DNA of 64,000 bases from the NCBI GenBank assembly GCA_951406725.2, contig OX597815.1:189348001-189412000 (forward strand), written 5' to 3'. The position numbers and the translations under genes were made by a program. The number at the start of each line of letters is the position of its first letter. Within the stretch, counting starts at the first letter, position 1. This stretch comes from Octopus vulgaris (taxonomy: Eukaryota). Shown here one piece after another: positions 12,795 to 26,569 of the stretch. The notes beneath the pieces were generated by a model that did not search any database, was not told the DNA's origin, and saw only the letters and a list, made by a program, of their open reading frames with translations.

Positions 12795-12970
12795 AAATAG
12801 GAGTTGCATTGGAACAAATAGGGGCTGCAATAAGAGTGGAGCACTTGCAAGAAAGAGCACTGCCAGGAACAGCTCAAATACTCCGGAAGGTGCTCAAAAA
12901 ATAAGAGGTGTTACCTTAGTTCACTGGTAGTGAACAGCTGACACCGTAGTACATCTCCAGCGTTAGAAGC
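12795..12970 (+). mobile_element. 3' end of a second R4/Dong-type family
   Basis: Encodes LEQIGAAIRVEHLQERALPGTAQILRKVLKK*, homologous to the C-terminus of the upstream element; between TAA tracts; second copy at 31122-31290. Confidence 0.75.
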
Positions 12971-12984
12971 TAATAATAATAATA

Positions 12985-13199
12985 ATCCTTTCTACTTAAG
13001 GCACAAAGCCTGAAATATTGGAAGAGGGGACTAGTTGATTTCATCGACCCCATTGTTTCACTGGTACTTGATTTATCGATCCCCAAAAGGATGAAAAGCA
13101 AAGTCGACCTTGGTGGAATTTGAACTCAGAACAAAGACACACGAAATGCTGCTAAACATTTCACCCAGCATGCTAACAATTCTACCAGCTCACTGCCCT
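12985..13199 (-). mobile_element. SINE family M
   Basis: Core and head match other copies. Confidence 0.8.
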
Positions 13200-13288
13200 A
13201 ATAATAATAATAACAATAATAATAATGATGATGATGATGATAATGATGATGATAATGATGATGATGATATAATAATAATAGTAATATA

Positions 13289-13519
13289 TTTCTTTACTAC
13301 CCACAAGGGGCTAAACACAGAGAGAACAAACAAGGACAGACAAACGGATTAAGTTGATTATATCGACCCCACTGTGTAACTGGTACTTAATTTATCGACC
13401 CCGAAAGGATGAAAGGCAAAGTCGACCTCGGCGGAATTTGAACTCAGAACATAGCGACAGACGAAATACGGCTACGCATTTCGCCCGGCATGCTAATGTT
13501 TCTGCCAGCCGGCCGCCTT
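13289..13519 (-). mobile_element. SINE family M
   Basis: Near-consensus full copy. Confidence 0.85.
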
Positions 13520-13534
13520 AATAATAACAACAGC

Positions 13535-13831
13535 ACAAGCATCCGCACTCGGAACTATCAAGCTAATGCCACACAAAATGAGGTAGACACAAAGTGAAGA
13601 CTCTGCAATAACAAACTTAAGAGCATTCACTACAATGTTGCTGATTGCTCAGTCTTTGCCCCTTCAAAATATAAAACCAGGCATGATCGGGTTGGCCAAC
13701 ACTTGCACTGGAGAATATGCTATCACAATGATATCCTGTACCCTTAGAACTTTTATGAATACCATCCAGAAGCAGTCACCGAGGGAGAAAATGTGACCAT
13801 TCTATGGGATTATGGGATGCATACTGACAGG
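13535..13831 (+). pseudogene. Degenerate R4/Dong-type ORF fragment (zinc knuckle/RHD region), divergent from the 10.9-kb element
   Basis: Manual translation: SIRTRNYQAN...K*RLC...CSVFAPSKYKTRHDRVGQHLHWRIC...YEYHPEAVTEGENVTILWDYGMHTDR, with stops. Confidence 0.75.
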
Positions 13832-14197
13832 TGACGACGCCGTGGTGATCTCATTCTTTCTCACAACATCATAAGCGGTAAGTGTAACCTCTCGAAAGAG
13901 CTGTTCTTCACTCCTGCTCCAGAGCGTTGGCTGCGGGGTCACTCCGAAAAGCTCTATCTGCAACGATTTCATCTCAATCGAAGGAGAGGGGCTTTCTCCG
14001 TCCGTGTTGTGGATCCGTGGAATAAGCCGCCGGACGAGATAGTGAAGATGCCGACGACCACTCGGTTCAAAGCCTCTCTTGACCAGAAATGGCCTGAACT
14101 CTTTGCATGAACACCCTCCCTGTACATAACTCCATGTCCCACTACATGGCCTTGCTTTTTGCTTTTTGAGCCAAAAAATTAACTTAACTTAACTTAG
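13832..14197 (+). mobile_element. CR1-clade LINE 3' end
   Basis: Translates RRRGDLIL...LRGHSEKL...RRGAFSVRVVDPWNK.PDEIV...FKASLD (CR1 ORF2 C-terminus); short 3' UTR with (TTAAC)n tail; second copy at 47.3 kb. Confidence 0.85.
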
Positions 14198-14351
14198 GTA
14201 AATAAATGAATATTTTTTGCATTAAGTTCTTGCAACAACTTAATGCAAAAAATATTCAAAGAGATGTACAACGAAAGAAATGTTAGAACCTATTAAGACC
14301 ATTGCCGAGTATTTAATACCCAAGCAACATCGGGTACTGATGCTAGTGATA

Positions 14352-14756
14352 TCTCTTTCTCTCTTTTCTCTTTTACCTGTTTCAGTCATTTGACTGTGGC
14401 CATGCTGGAGCACCGCCTTTAGTTGAGCAAATCGAACCCAGGACATATTCTTTGTAAGCTTAGTGCTTATTCTATAGGCCTCTTTAGCCAAACCTCTAAG
14501 TTACAGGGACGTAAACACACCAGCATCAGTTATCAAGCGATATTTGGGGGACAAACACAGACACACAAACATATACACACACATACATATATATGACTGG
14601 CTTCTTTCAGTTTCCGTCTACCAGATCAGCTCACAAGGCTTTGGTCGGCCCAAGGCTATAATAAAAGACACTTGCCCAAGGTGCCATGCAGTGGGACTGA
14701 ACCCGGAACCATGCGGTTCATAAGCAAGCTACTTACCACACAGCCACTCCTATGCC
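14352..14756 (-). mobile_element. SINE family A
   Basis: Full-length match. Confidence 0.88.
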
Positions 14757-14857
14757 TCTGTACAAATTTACAAGTCTCTGTGATGGACTTGTAAGGTGTA
14801 ACTGGTACTAATGCTTAATTGTTGACACTGGTTTCGAATTACATTGTCTTTGCTCCT

Positions 14858-14858
14858 G

Positions 14859-14923
<65 letters not shown>

Positions 14924-15471
14924 GGAGAGAGAGGCTGTTGTTGGAAACTATCTTCATTGTCTCTAAGATGTTGTTGTTGTTGTTGCTGTTGACACAAACT
15001 GTCAATGTTACTAATGACAATGTTGGCCACTACCAGCAAATGTTTGGTGATATTGATAGGGACACCGGGGGGGGGGGATGGTGGTGGTTTAGGCAATGGT
15101 ATTCATGCGTATGTTGCGATAGTGATGATGACAAGAACAACGAACTGCCTCCCCCCCCGATCACCCCCACCCCCCGCCACTCCGGACATTGACGATAACG
15201 GTGATGATGATGGTAAGGAAGAGGAGGTTGTTGTTGGCAGTGGCAGTGGTCATGGTAAGGACGATGACGATGATGACAATGATGATGATGATGAGGATGA
15301 GGTAGGGAAGGAGGAGAAGGAGGGGTAGTAGCAGTAGTGGTGGTGGTGGTGGTGGTAATAATGATGATAATGATGACAATGGCTACAACAATGAGATGAG
15401 GAGAAGGAGGAGGAGAATGATGGTGATGGTGTTACTGATAGTGGTGATGAAGGTGATGTTGATGATGATGG

Positions 15472-15518
<47 letters not shown>

Positions 15519-15530
15519 AAGATGATGATT

Positions 15531-15594
<64 letters not shown>

Positions 15595-16430
15595 GGAGGA
15601 GGAGGAGAGGGACATATACTGTTGCTGCTGACGCAAAATTCCAACTAATGGCACAATTGCCACGTTTGTCAAAAGTTCCAACACCACCATTTTTCCAAGC
15701 CAACACGGGAGCTCCTATGTGGTTGTTCAACTTGCAAGAAATAGCAGCTAAATTTCACTCAAACTATCACATCCTGCAATATTTCGAAGATCTGATTATT
15801 TGAAACAGAAAAGATGCGTTTATATATAATACACTCCTAGTTGTCTCCAAAACCAAATAAGTCTGGAAATGCTTTTTGTTTTTTTGTTTTTATATACATC
15901 ATAGGTCTGCTTAATTAGGGCTAGCCTAGGGCTAAACAACAACAGCAAAATTTATTGCTTGTAATGTAAATATGAAGGTGAAAGGAAGTAGGAGGAGAAG
16001 AAGAGGGGAGGAGGAGGAAGAGAAGAGGAGAGAAGGAAGAGAAGAGGGGAGGAGGAAGAGAGGAAGAGGGGGAGAGGGGGAGGGGGAGGAGGAGGAGGAG
16101 GCGGAAGAGAAGAGGGGAAAGGAGGGGGAAGAGAAGAGGAGAGAAGGAAGAGAAAAGGGGAGGAGAAAGAGGAGGAGGAAAAGAAGAAGGGAAAGGAGGA
16201 GGAGAAGACAGGAGAAGGAGGAAGAGGAGACAGAGGAAGTGGAAGAGGAGAAAGAGGAAGTGGAAGAGGAGAAAGAGGAAGTGGAAGAGGAAGAGAAGAA
16301 AGAGGAAAAGGAAGGAGGAGGAGGAGGAGGAAGAAAGAGGGAGAGGAGGAGCTGAGAGGAAGGAGGAAGAGAAGAGAGGAAGAAGGAAGGAGGAGGAAAA
16401 GAGGGGAAGGATGAAGGGGAGGAAGAGGTT
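14858..16430. repeat. Compound low-complexity region: (GA)n, (GAT)n/(GGT)n, and purine-only GGA/GAA tract (15975-16430)
   Basis: Visible simple repeats. Confidence 0.85.
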
Positions 16431-17254
16431 GTCACTAAAAACATTATCACAGCCATTTATGTTGCTCTGGCATTAATTATTAGCATTTTGAGTTTAATCA
16501 CTGCACTTGCTGACAATATCACTGGCATCATTTTGAAATATATTTCATGAAATAATTAATTTAATTGATTATGACCTGATAATTTCTTTTCATATTTTTA
16601 AAAAAATTATTTTGGATTGTTAGAGCATTGGCACAAAAGCTTTGTAGTATTTATTCCAGGTCTGTATATTCTGATTTGAAATTCCACCAATGCCATTGGG
16701 TCAGTTTTCTCTTTCAGTCTCCCAAGCTTGAAAATATTCAAAGAATATAATAATACAGCTTTATTTCTTCTTTGGGACAAGTAGCTGTTAAACATACCCC
16801 AGACATTCATTTTCCAGTACAGGAAATATACCACAGACATAGACTTTACATTTTATTCTCTTATATCAATTTGTGAAGAATGAAGTTTCTGATTTTGGAC
16901 AAAAAGCAATGCAGTTAATCAAAGTAAGCACCTAAATTATCAACTCAATTTTGCCATTTTATGAGTAGCTTATTTATGCCAGCAGCAAAGAATTCTGGAG
17001 AGCAAGAAGAGATGAAATCACGAAAGGCTATTTTTGCATCTTCTTCAGATTTGAAGTTTTATCCTTGCATAAATTTGTCTAATGCCTGGAAAACGTGATA
17101 GTCAGTTGGTAGATGACTAAGTACTTCTAAGTTCAGTTCCTGTAACTTGTGTAGCATTCTTTGTGCAACATGTAGTTGAGCATTATTTTGCAAGAGAATT
17201 GGCCTGTCTCTATTGACCAATCTCGGTTATTTAATTGCAAGTTCACTCATCATT

Positions 17255-17685
17255 TCTCTTTATCTCTTTCTCTTTTACTTGTTTCAGTCATTTGACTGTG
17301 GCCATGCTGGAGCACTGCCTTTAGTCGAGCAAATCGACCCCGGGACTTATTCTTTTTGTAAGCCCAGTACTTATTCTATCGGTCTCTTTTTGCCGAACCG
17401 CTAAGTGACGGGGACGTAAACACACCAGCATCGGTTGTCAAGCAATGCTAGGGGAACAAACACAGTTACACAAACACACACACCCATACATATATATATA
17501 TATATATATATACATATGTACGACAGGCTTCTTTCAGTTTCCGTCTACCAAATCCACTCACAAGGCATTGGTCGGCCCGGGGCTATAGTAGAAGACACTT
17601 GCCCAAGATGCTACACAGTAAGACTGAACCAGGAAGCATGTGGTTGGTTAGCAAGCTACTTACCACACAGCCACTCCTGTGCCTG
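17255..17685 (-). mobile_element. SINE family A
   Basis: Full-length match. Confidence 0.88.
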
Positions 17686-17911
17686 TAACAAAAAAAAAAT
17701 AAATAAAAAGAGAAGAGAAGAAAAGAAAAAGAAGGAATAAAAGGAATCTGCATGTATAATATGTAACTTAGAAGCAGCACTATGGATGTACCAGCACACA
17801 CAAGACTGAGACATGGCCGACCTCACACACTTCTCATGAGGAATTCTGGAAGGAGCATCGTGAGACCACTGCTGAGACTCTTAAAAAAATAAAAAAGAAA
17901 AGCAGCAACTC

Positions 17912-17968
17912 CATCTAAGAATATCTGAAGAAGGAATTGTATTCCGAAATATCATCGGACTGTGGATG
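17912..17968 (+). ncRNA. Candidate minimal type I hammerhead ribozyme (PLE-type)
   Basis: CTGAAGA-A-GGAAT-tgt-ATTCC-GAAA-TA-TC; weak stem I extendable by CATCTA/TGGATG. Confidence 0.55.
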
Positions 17969-18060
17969 ACTAAATTACAACAGGTATATAGCCCATTGTC
18001 TGTATTATAGTGCATTGTTGTACCATTCAAAACTTTTTATTCTGTTGCTTAATGTTATAT

Positions 18061-18292
18061 ATTTCTTTACTGCCCACAAGGGGCTAAACATAGAGGGGAC
18101 AAACAAGGACAGACAAAGGGCGTAAGTCGATTACATCGACCCCAGTGCGAAACTGGTTCTTTATTTATCGACCCCGAAAGGATGAAAGGTAAAGTCGACC
18201 TCGGCGGAATTTGAACTCAGAATGTAACGATAGACGAAATATCGCTATGCATTTTGCCCAGCGCGCTAACGTTTCTGCCAGCTCGCTGCCTT
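18061..18292 (-). mobile_element. SINE family M
   Basis: Near-consensus copy. Confidence 0.85.
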
Positions 18293-18311
18293 GTTGCTTA
18301 ATATTATAAAG

Positions 18312-18876
18312 GACCATTCAAGTGTGGCCAATGCCATTGGCACCTGCTAGCACCTGTGATGGTGGTACGTAAAAACACCATTCAAGCATGGCTGATGCCA
18401 GTGCTGCCAGACTGGTATTAGTGCCAGATGCAAAAAGTACCGTTCGAGCTTGGATGCAGCCAGTGCTGTTGACTGACACCTATGCTGATGGTACATAAAA
18501 AGCACTATTCGAGCATGGCCGATGCCAGTGCTGCCTGACTGACACCCATGCTGGTGGCATGTAAAAAGCACCATTTGAGTGTGGCTGATGCCAGTGCCAC
18601 CCGACTGGCACCCATGCCTGTAGCATGAAAAAGCACCCACTACACTCTGGGAGTAGTTAGTGTTAAGAAGGGCATCCAGCTGTAGAAACATTGCCAGATC
18701 AGATTATATTTGAGAGATGAGGAATTACGTACATTATTTACATTTGACGGATAATTGTCCTCATCTTTTTTGTTGTTAACATGTTTTGGCTGATGTACTC
18801 TCCAGCCTTCATCAGGTGTCCTGAGGAAATTTCAAATCCGGGTTCTCATTCCAAAGGTATTTTTCCGATGTTATTA

Positions 18877-18917
<41 letters not shown>

Positions 18918-18928
18918 ATTATTATTAA

Positions 18929-18990
<62 letters not shown>

Positions 18991-19447
18991 TCACTACCTG
19001 GAATCTACCGCAGGATCGTGGGAATAGTAGCCTGCACTCCTAACCACTACACCATATGCCCACACTCTAACCACTTCGCCATACGCCTGTGGACAATTAT
19101 GCAGTGAATTTTAGGGCTTATAAACCTAGTATTTTTGTATCCTTCCTTAATACTGGTTCCCATATTCTACTCATAACTGCACTAGGTCTACTTAGGAGGT
19201 TATGATATCCTAGCATATGTGCTGCCTCTTTTAGTTTACCTATTTTCCAGTGGTGTTCTCTGTCAATTATTTTAACTTCATCCCACAAGGGGGAGTTGAT
19301 CTCCATTTTTCCATACATGATCAGTTATACCTGATTGGAACCGAGGTGCAGCCTCCTGGCTTGCCAGTTCTCAGTCAAGCCATCCAACCCACACCAACAA
19401 AGAAAGCAGACATTAAACAATGATGACAACGACGACGATGATGATGA
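18312..19447 (+). mobile_element. Family R repeat split by a PLE insertion (parts 18312-18706 and 19333-19447)
   Basis: ...CCAGATCAGATT | insert | GATTGGAACCGAGGTGCAGCC... reconstitutes the family R 3' block. Confidence 0.8.
18707..19335 (-). mobile_element. 5'-truncated Penelope-like element: GIY-YIG C-terminus, tRNA-like segment, (AAT)n, hammerhead-bearing terminal repeat
   Basis: ORF 19118-19318(-) PLWDEVKIIDREHHWKIGKLKEAAHM...LLSRPS..SRIWEPVL resembles the PLE endonuclease end; then TAGTGGTTAG A-box-like head; GACAC-CTGATGA-AGGCTG...CAGCC-aaaac motif. Confidence 0.75.
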
Positions 19448-20059
19448 ATACCGTTACCTAAACCGACACTAAAACAGTAATCTTTATAAAGCAAAGGTAA
19501 AAATTATCAGCCAGAAACTGATAGTTATTACGAGGATTAGTTTAAAATAAACAAAGGAACGACCATATAAAGCAATGTTTACAATATAAATTGCAAGTGA
19601 ATCAATATGAAATTCCCACAGTCATAAACAGCTCAATCAATGAACCTGTCCGAAATTTCTCAAAATCGTCTTTAATGGCTCCTGTTTTTAAGTATCAATT
19701 GCAACAGTCTATTTTCAGTTTTTCATTATTAGTAGTTGCTTTTAGTGTAGATAAGTGCTTCCTAAATAATTAATTAGATGTAATGGTTTCATATATCTGA
19801 AAACGTCATTTTTTTTTTCACTCTCTCTCTCTCTTTCTCTCATTCTCACTCTTTTTCTCTCTTTCTCACACCCTCTGTCAATCAATATTCTTTTGTCATA
19901 TTGAAATGTTTGAGTTGAACTTATAAAAAAAGATTATTGTTTCCACATCTTATTAGATGATTTCCCTAGCAACCAACTGAAAACCAGTAAAAAAATATCT
20001 GCTTTATAAAAAGGCATACTTGCTGTTATCTGTGTTTCTAGTCTCTTGCACATCCACTC

Positions 20060-20078
20060 ATATGTATGCATATATATA

Positions 20079-20125
<47 letters not shown>

Positions 20126-20257
20126 ATATATATATATACACATATATACATATATATATACATAAATATATATATATATATGTGTGTGTGTATATATATC
20201 ATATAATATGTATGTGCGTACACATGTATATGTATATATAAACATATATATTTATAC

Positions 20258-20295
<38 letters not shown>

Positions 20296-20305
20296 GTATA
20301 TATGT
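20060..20305. repeat. (TA)n/(TATG)n microsatellite
   Basis: Visible. Confidence 0.9.
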
Positions 20306-20313
20306 GAATATAT

Positions 20314-20660
20314 CATTGTCATCATCGTCGTCGTTTAATGTCCACTTTCCATGCTGACATGGGTTGGACAGTTCGACTGAGAACTGGCAAGCCAGAAGGC
20401 GGCACCAGGCTCCAATCTGATCTGGCAAAATTTCTACAGCCAGATGCCCTTCCCTAACGCCAACCACTCCGGGAGTGTTGTGGGTGGTTTTACATGCCAC
20501 TGGCAAGGGGGCCAGTCAGGCGCTACTGGCAATGACCATGCTCAAAGGTGTTTTTTATGTGTCACCTGCACAGGAGCCAGTCCGGTGGCACTGGCAACGA
20601 CCATGCTCGAATGTTAGTTTTCATGTGCCACCAGCACATGTGCCAGTAAGGCGACACTGG
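20314..20660 (-). mobile_element. Family R repeat
   Basis: Conserved 3' block and three units. Confidence 0.78.
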
Positions 20661-20739
20661 GAATATATATATTTATATATATATATACACACACACACAC
20701 ATACATATACATGTATGTATGTGTACAGGTATATATATG

Positions 20740-20804
<65 letters not shown>

Positions 20805-21287
20805 AGAGAGAGAGAAATGTGTATGTGTGTGTATGTTATGTTTCACAAGAAAAAATTTATTTTTGTACAGCTATATAAAGCTTGTATTCTCACTTGTTAA
20901 CTTAAAATTTATAGGGAAACCATTCCATGATTCTCTACTTGTAAATAATATATTAGACATTTGCTGTACATATTCAGAAAGACAATAATTCTCAGTGATC
21001 ACGTGTATAATTGTTAGTAGACATTAACACGGCTTAAAGTCAGAAACCAGTATTTTCAATATCGTAGAGCCTCATAAATAATGTTTTTAGTAGATTTCTA
21101 TTAGTATTGTACTAATGTCATTTCTTGTGGAAACATACTAAAAAGAGCTCTTCTTCCGCCTCCTCTATATCATCATTGTCATCATCATCATCATCATCAT
21201 TTATCGTTTGTACAGCTGCTGTTACCATCATCATCATTAACAAAATAATTACTTTAGTGTCTTTTTTTTTCATCCACACATAAAAAG

Positions 21288-21536
21288 AGGCACATAAAAA
21301 GCACCAACCGATCGTGGCCGCTGCCAGCCTCCCCTGGCACCTGTGCGAGTGGCACGTAAAAGGCACCCACTACACTCACGGAGTGGTTGGCGTTAGGAAG
21401 GGCATCCAGCTGTAGAAACACTGTCAGATCAGACTGGAGCCTGGTGCAGCCTCCTGGCCTTCCAGACCCTGGTTGGACCGTTCAACCCATGCTAGGATGG
21501 AAAATGGACGTTAAACGATGATGATGATGATGATGA
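21288..21536 (+). mobile_element. Family R repeat, 3' portion
   Basis: Conserved 3' block, GAT tail. Confidence 0.8.
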
Positions 21537-23430
21537 CTCTGAGATGATTAGTTCTTCAAACGTTCTCCTTTATTTGACAATTTCCTTCGAAGATCTCCAA
21601 GTCCTCCCCACTCTGTCTCTCCCAACAATAAACTCTCAGAGAGAAGGAACTACTTTGCCTGATTTGGTCTACTCTGTATATGCTTGAAACTATGGAATGC
21701 ATTCTATCATGAAAGTGGTAAAAGAAAAACCAAAAATAAAACTAACTCCACGACAATGAAAATCTCAAGTTACTACATCTGTGATGTATTCTCAACATCG
21801 TAAAATATTTTATAAGGCCATGATTAACAACTGTTTCTCTCAACGAAGGAATATTGCAATATTTTTGCCTGAATTTTCAGAAATGGTTTAAATTCCAAAT
21901 AGAAAATGACGATATTTCTGCAAGGCAAGCGAACTAATTGAGTATTACTGCAAGAAACTTTATTAGAATGGAACAAGGTTTTGGTGTTGCTCTAATACTG
22001 ACAATAAAAATAATTTATTGTCTAGGATTCACCAAATACCAAAGTAGAAAGCGCAATAAAATTATATTTATTGGGTTCAGAAGAATAAACATGAAAAGAT
22101 TTTCTAAAATTATTCTGATCTTAATCTGTTCATTACTGCTGCAACCCTAACCAAGATCAAGGCAGTGAAACGAAGTTATATTCCATTATATGAAAAATAA
22201 ATCTTTATGACTGAAGTAAATATATAATATGAATGTCAACTTGTAATATTTTTATAGATCTAATTTTGCACTTGTGTTAGTACGGACTATTGGAAAATGA
22301 ATGCAATATTTGTAAACGCAACAGATCATTAATTATTTAACATCAAGCCAGAAAATGTTTCTAATTAGAGTTTATGATAATTCTTTTCACATCTGTCGCT
22401 GCTGAACTGGATATTTCCATAAAAATAAACTAACATTCTAATAGAAAGAAATAATGAAGTATGAAATTAAAATAAAAATATTAAAGCTGACGTATAAAGA
22501 AAATTATTTTGGAGGAAATCAATTTGAATAATTTATTGATAGATATCAACAATCAGTTTTAATTGAAATGGCATTTTTTATTTTTTATTTTGAGAATGAT
22601 TTGTTTTCTGCTTTTGTTTTTTCCTTTTGTAATGTTTATGTGTTACAATGTTACAATTGAAAAAATATTTCTTAATTAAAAACCCATACAGCTGCGTATA
22701 TATTAGAAATACAGGTTGTATTACATCTTGTGAATTGATTAATATTATAATTTTCACAGAAGCAATAGTAGTGGTGTTGAATGTGTTCATTGGTTGACTG
22801 CAACAATCCAATCTTTTCTACAATAAATTGGCTGCACAAAGTAGCAACAAGAGAAAAACTATAATGAACCAATTGGCAATTTTATCATGTCAGCTCATAT
22901 TCTTTAATGTAATAGACAGAATAAAAAAAAACAACAGAAAACCTGTCTGTTTGGTGGTTCTACAAGCTTTATGCTGAGATTCATATAAATCTATAATTCA
23001 GAACAAAATCTTTTACATAAAAGAACAGTAGTTCTATAGCTAGTATTTTGTTTCATACATTTCCCTGCAAAATTGGTTGACATAAGTAGAAACGTATCTT
23101 ATACTAAATAATGAAATATGAGGAGGAGAAGTATAGAAATAAAGGTCATTATTATCTCAAACATTTTAATATCCATTTCCCCATTCATAAATATATTTAT
23201 GGAATAGACACTGCTGACTTTTTTCTTTTCCCTTTATATTATTTAGATCAATTTCTCATTGGACAAATCAATAAAATCCTTCAACTCCTATAACCTGGTT
23301 GGCGTTAATTATATTATGTTGACTTAAACACATTAATCTAGTAAATATCTCAGTTTTCATGCAGTGTGTGAAGAAAAAATACATCCTGTTCTTAGACTAA
23401 GGTCACAATCAAATGAAACTGACCTGAAAT

Positions 23431-23990
23431 TATTGGGTCATCTCATAAATAATGCATTTTTTTAAATACTTCTTTTATTTTACAAAATTAAGATAAAGTT
23501 CTTTTTTAATCTAAAATATACTCTCCTTCATTTTCTACAGTGCTCTTCCAAAGTAGGCTTGCAGCATCCCTCTTCCAAATTTCACTTGTCCATCATGAAA
23601 AATACTCCTCCTGTACAGTTCTGACCTTGTCTACAGAATTCATATTTTTTCTGTCCAAATGATTTTGAAGGCTGTGGAATAAATGATAATCAGATGGAGC
23701 AATGTCTGGCAAATATGGTGGCTGGGGCATCGTTTCTCATTGAAACTGTTCCAACCTTTAGAATATCATCCTCGCTGTATGTGACCGAACACTTTGACGG
23801 AAGAACCTATCATCTCCTACCAAAAAGATAACAACACCTTACGTGGGTAAAGACCTTCTTTAGCCTGAGGTGCCAGTGTTTCTCCTTTCCCTACATATTG
23901 TGTTCAGCGCTTGACATTTTTTATAGAGAACCCTTTTCTCCTCACCAGTTACTATTCAGTCCAAAAAAGGTTTATTCATGAGACATGAAA
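23431..23990 (-). pseudogene. Decayed mariner (Tc1/mariner) transposon, transposase C-terminal half plus one TIR
   Basis: Minus-strand translation ...SHTARM...ETMPQPPYLPDIAPSDYHLFHSLQNHL... (mariner YSPDLAPSDYHLF motif) with stops; TIR-like TATTGGGTCATCTCATAAATAATGC at 23431. Confidence 0.8.
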
Positions 23991-24035
23991 CCAAATCCAA
24001 GCTTCTCAAAATAAATATTGTAACAAGAGTGTGTA

Positions 24036-24268
24036 TAACCCTTCTGATGTCAATCCAGCTGAAACCACCTCTGGCTCTGTAATACAAATATCTTGTTTTC
24101 ATAAGTTCTGAGTTAAAATCTTTCACCAAACCTTAGTCACAATTTATGTTCTTAACACCAGATTAATGATAACTAAGTTATTTTACTAAATTCTTTGTTA
24201 TATCTAAAATTAGTCGAATGAAACACAGTGCATCTCAGCAAACAAAAATATGGTAACAAAAAAGTTAA
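24036..24268 (+). mobile_element. piggyBac-type MITE (family P1), degenerate
   Basis: TAACCCTT...AAAAGTTAA ends; body homologous to 27511-27739. Confidence 0.7.
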
Positions 24269-24413
24269 GAAGAAAAATAATCAGCAGAAGACATGAGGTA
24301 GGGAGACCTCAATATGGTCACTCTGTATGCTAGAAATAATAGCCTAAACTTCCTTCAATCCACACCCTTCCAACTGCTTCTAATGTGCATCTGCCCAAAT
24401 GTAGAGTTGTGTA

Positions 24414-24625
24414 TAACCCTTTTGATGTCAATCCAGCTGAAACCACATCTGGCTCTGTTTTCAAGAGCTTTGAATTAAAATCTTCCATCAAACCTTAGTC
24501 ACAATTTATGTTTCTAACATTAGCTTAATGATAACTAAGATATTTTATTAAACTCTTTGTTATATTTAAAATTAATTGAAAGAAACACAGAGCATCTCAA
24601 AATAAATACAGTAACAAAAGGGTGA
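24414..24625 (+). mobile_element. piggyBac-type MITE (family P1), degenerate
   Basis: Homologous to 27511-27739. Confidence 0.7.
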
Positions 24626-24718
24626 TATATTTCCATAGAATACATTGATTGATAAATGTTGCTCCTAAGAAACATTCTTTAATCTTGCTAACACACAAAT
24701 ACAATCCTTCACTTGCAT

Positions 24719-24750
<32 letters not shown>

Positions 24751-25092
24751 TTGTACATATAGGAAATAGTGAACAATATAGGAACAGCAGGGAACAGACA
24801 AACTAAACCGCTGCACAGAATGATGAAATTTAAAAAATGGGGCTACCAGCCAAACGAACATTTTAATTAAATTTATTTGGTTTTAACTTGAACATTTAGG
24901 CAGCGGCTAGTTTGTTTACCCATGTTTTAATTGTATGTGTATGTATGTGTTTGTTATGTTTCTCTTTCAGAAGTGTATACATAGATACACTATACATACA
25001 TATTTATATGAATATGTGAATATGTATATGTATTTATTTATGTGTGTGTATTTCTTTCTGTCTCTGTCTCTCTCTCTCTCTATATATATAAT

Positions 25093-25142
<50 letters not shown>

Positions 25143-25921
25143 AACACACACCTATATTTAAATACATATATATTAAAGATGATAGGAGAAAGCAGGAAAG
25201 ATAGTGGAAGATTGATAGAAATATGAAAACCGTATATAAGCTGTATCATTAAAAATTTTATCCGTCTTTGGTTTGGAATGACATTTAAAGATTTCTTTTT
25301 CTAAATCTGCCTGACCTTTTTATATAATTTACGATTCTCTACGTTCTTTGATTGACTGCAAATAACCTATAAATCAAAGAACGTTCATATTTGCTTCACA
25401 AAATATTATATTTAATCTAACACAGTATATTCTATACAGAATACGATTTACATTAGTATTTAGTTCCAGAAAATAACTTTACAGTTTAAATGTTGGTAAC
25501 ACTATCATATTTTTGAATTACAGTCTGTGGCAAAGCTTCTGCTTTTCAAACAATTTCATGAGTAAATCCAATTGTCCAACTGTCTGTGAAGAATTTCTTT
25601 CATATGAATATATAAATCCCAGTATGGTTGTTATTAAGTAATTGATATTGAAAAATATATTCAAAGATAAAAGAAAAGTATACTGGATAATATTAAATCA
25701 ATGGTGGTATTTCAAGCCAGAATTATTCTCCATTTCGAAACCAGTTTTCTTTAAAATTCATATTGATTTTGATATAACAGCCTGAAGGCTGGTAGACTAA
25801 GTACTAAGTTATTGTATGTAGTTCTCAGGTTAGAGTGCATAGTCAATGTGTTAGTGTTAACATATATAAAGTGTTGAACATCAAAAATTAAGTAGAAATA
25901 ATTACATGGCGAGGAAAGAGT

Positions 25922-26540
25922 ATCATCATCATCATCATTGTTTAACGTCTGCTTTCCATGCTAGCATTGGTTGGACGATTTTGACTGAGGGCTGGTGAAC
26001 CAGATGGCTGCATCAGGCTCCAATCATGATTTGGCAGAGTTTCTACAGCTGGATGCCCTTCCTAACGCCAACAACTACGAGAGTGTAGTGAATGCTTTTT
26101 ACGTGCCACTGGCATGGGGGCCAGTCAGGCGGTACTGGCAACGACCTCGCTCAAATCTTCTTACACATGCCTAACACAGGCGCCAGTAAGGCGATGTTAG
26201 TAACGATCATGCTCGAATGGTGCCCTTTTACATGCCACCGGCATGGAAGCCAGTTGGCTGCTCTGGCAACGATCATGCTCGGATGGTGCTCTTGGCACCC
26301 TACTAGCACGGGCACAAGTGCCAGTAAGGTGATGCTGGTAATGATCACACTTGAATGGTGCCTTTTATGTGCAACTGGCACGGAAGCCAATTAGCTGTTC
26401 TGTCAACGATCACGCTCGTATGGTGCTCTTTGCACTCCGCTAGTACGGATGCCAGTCATTGAATATGATTTCGATTTCACATGCCTCAACAGGTCTTTGC
26501 AAGCAGTGTTTAGTGTCCAAGGAAGGAAAAGGTATGCAGG
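25922..26540 (-). mobile_element. Family R repeat, near full length
   Basis: CAT tail, 3' block, ~6 units, 5' GAAGACCTGTTGAGGCA block (rc). Confidence 0.8.
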
Positions 26541-26569
26541 TATGCATAAATCTATTTGTCAATACATTT

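Noticed and set aside
14808-16456. Acidic, poly-His, poly-Ile and Glu/Arg-rich ORFs
   Set aside because: Simple-repeat artefacts open in multiple frames on both strands; no splice-supported exon.
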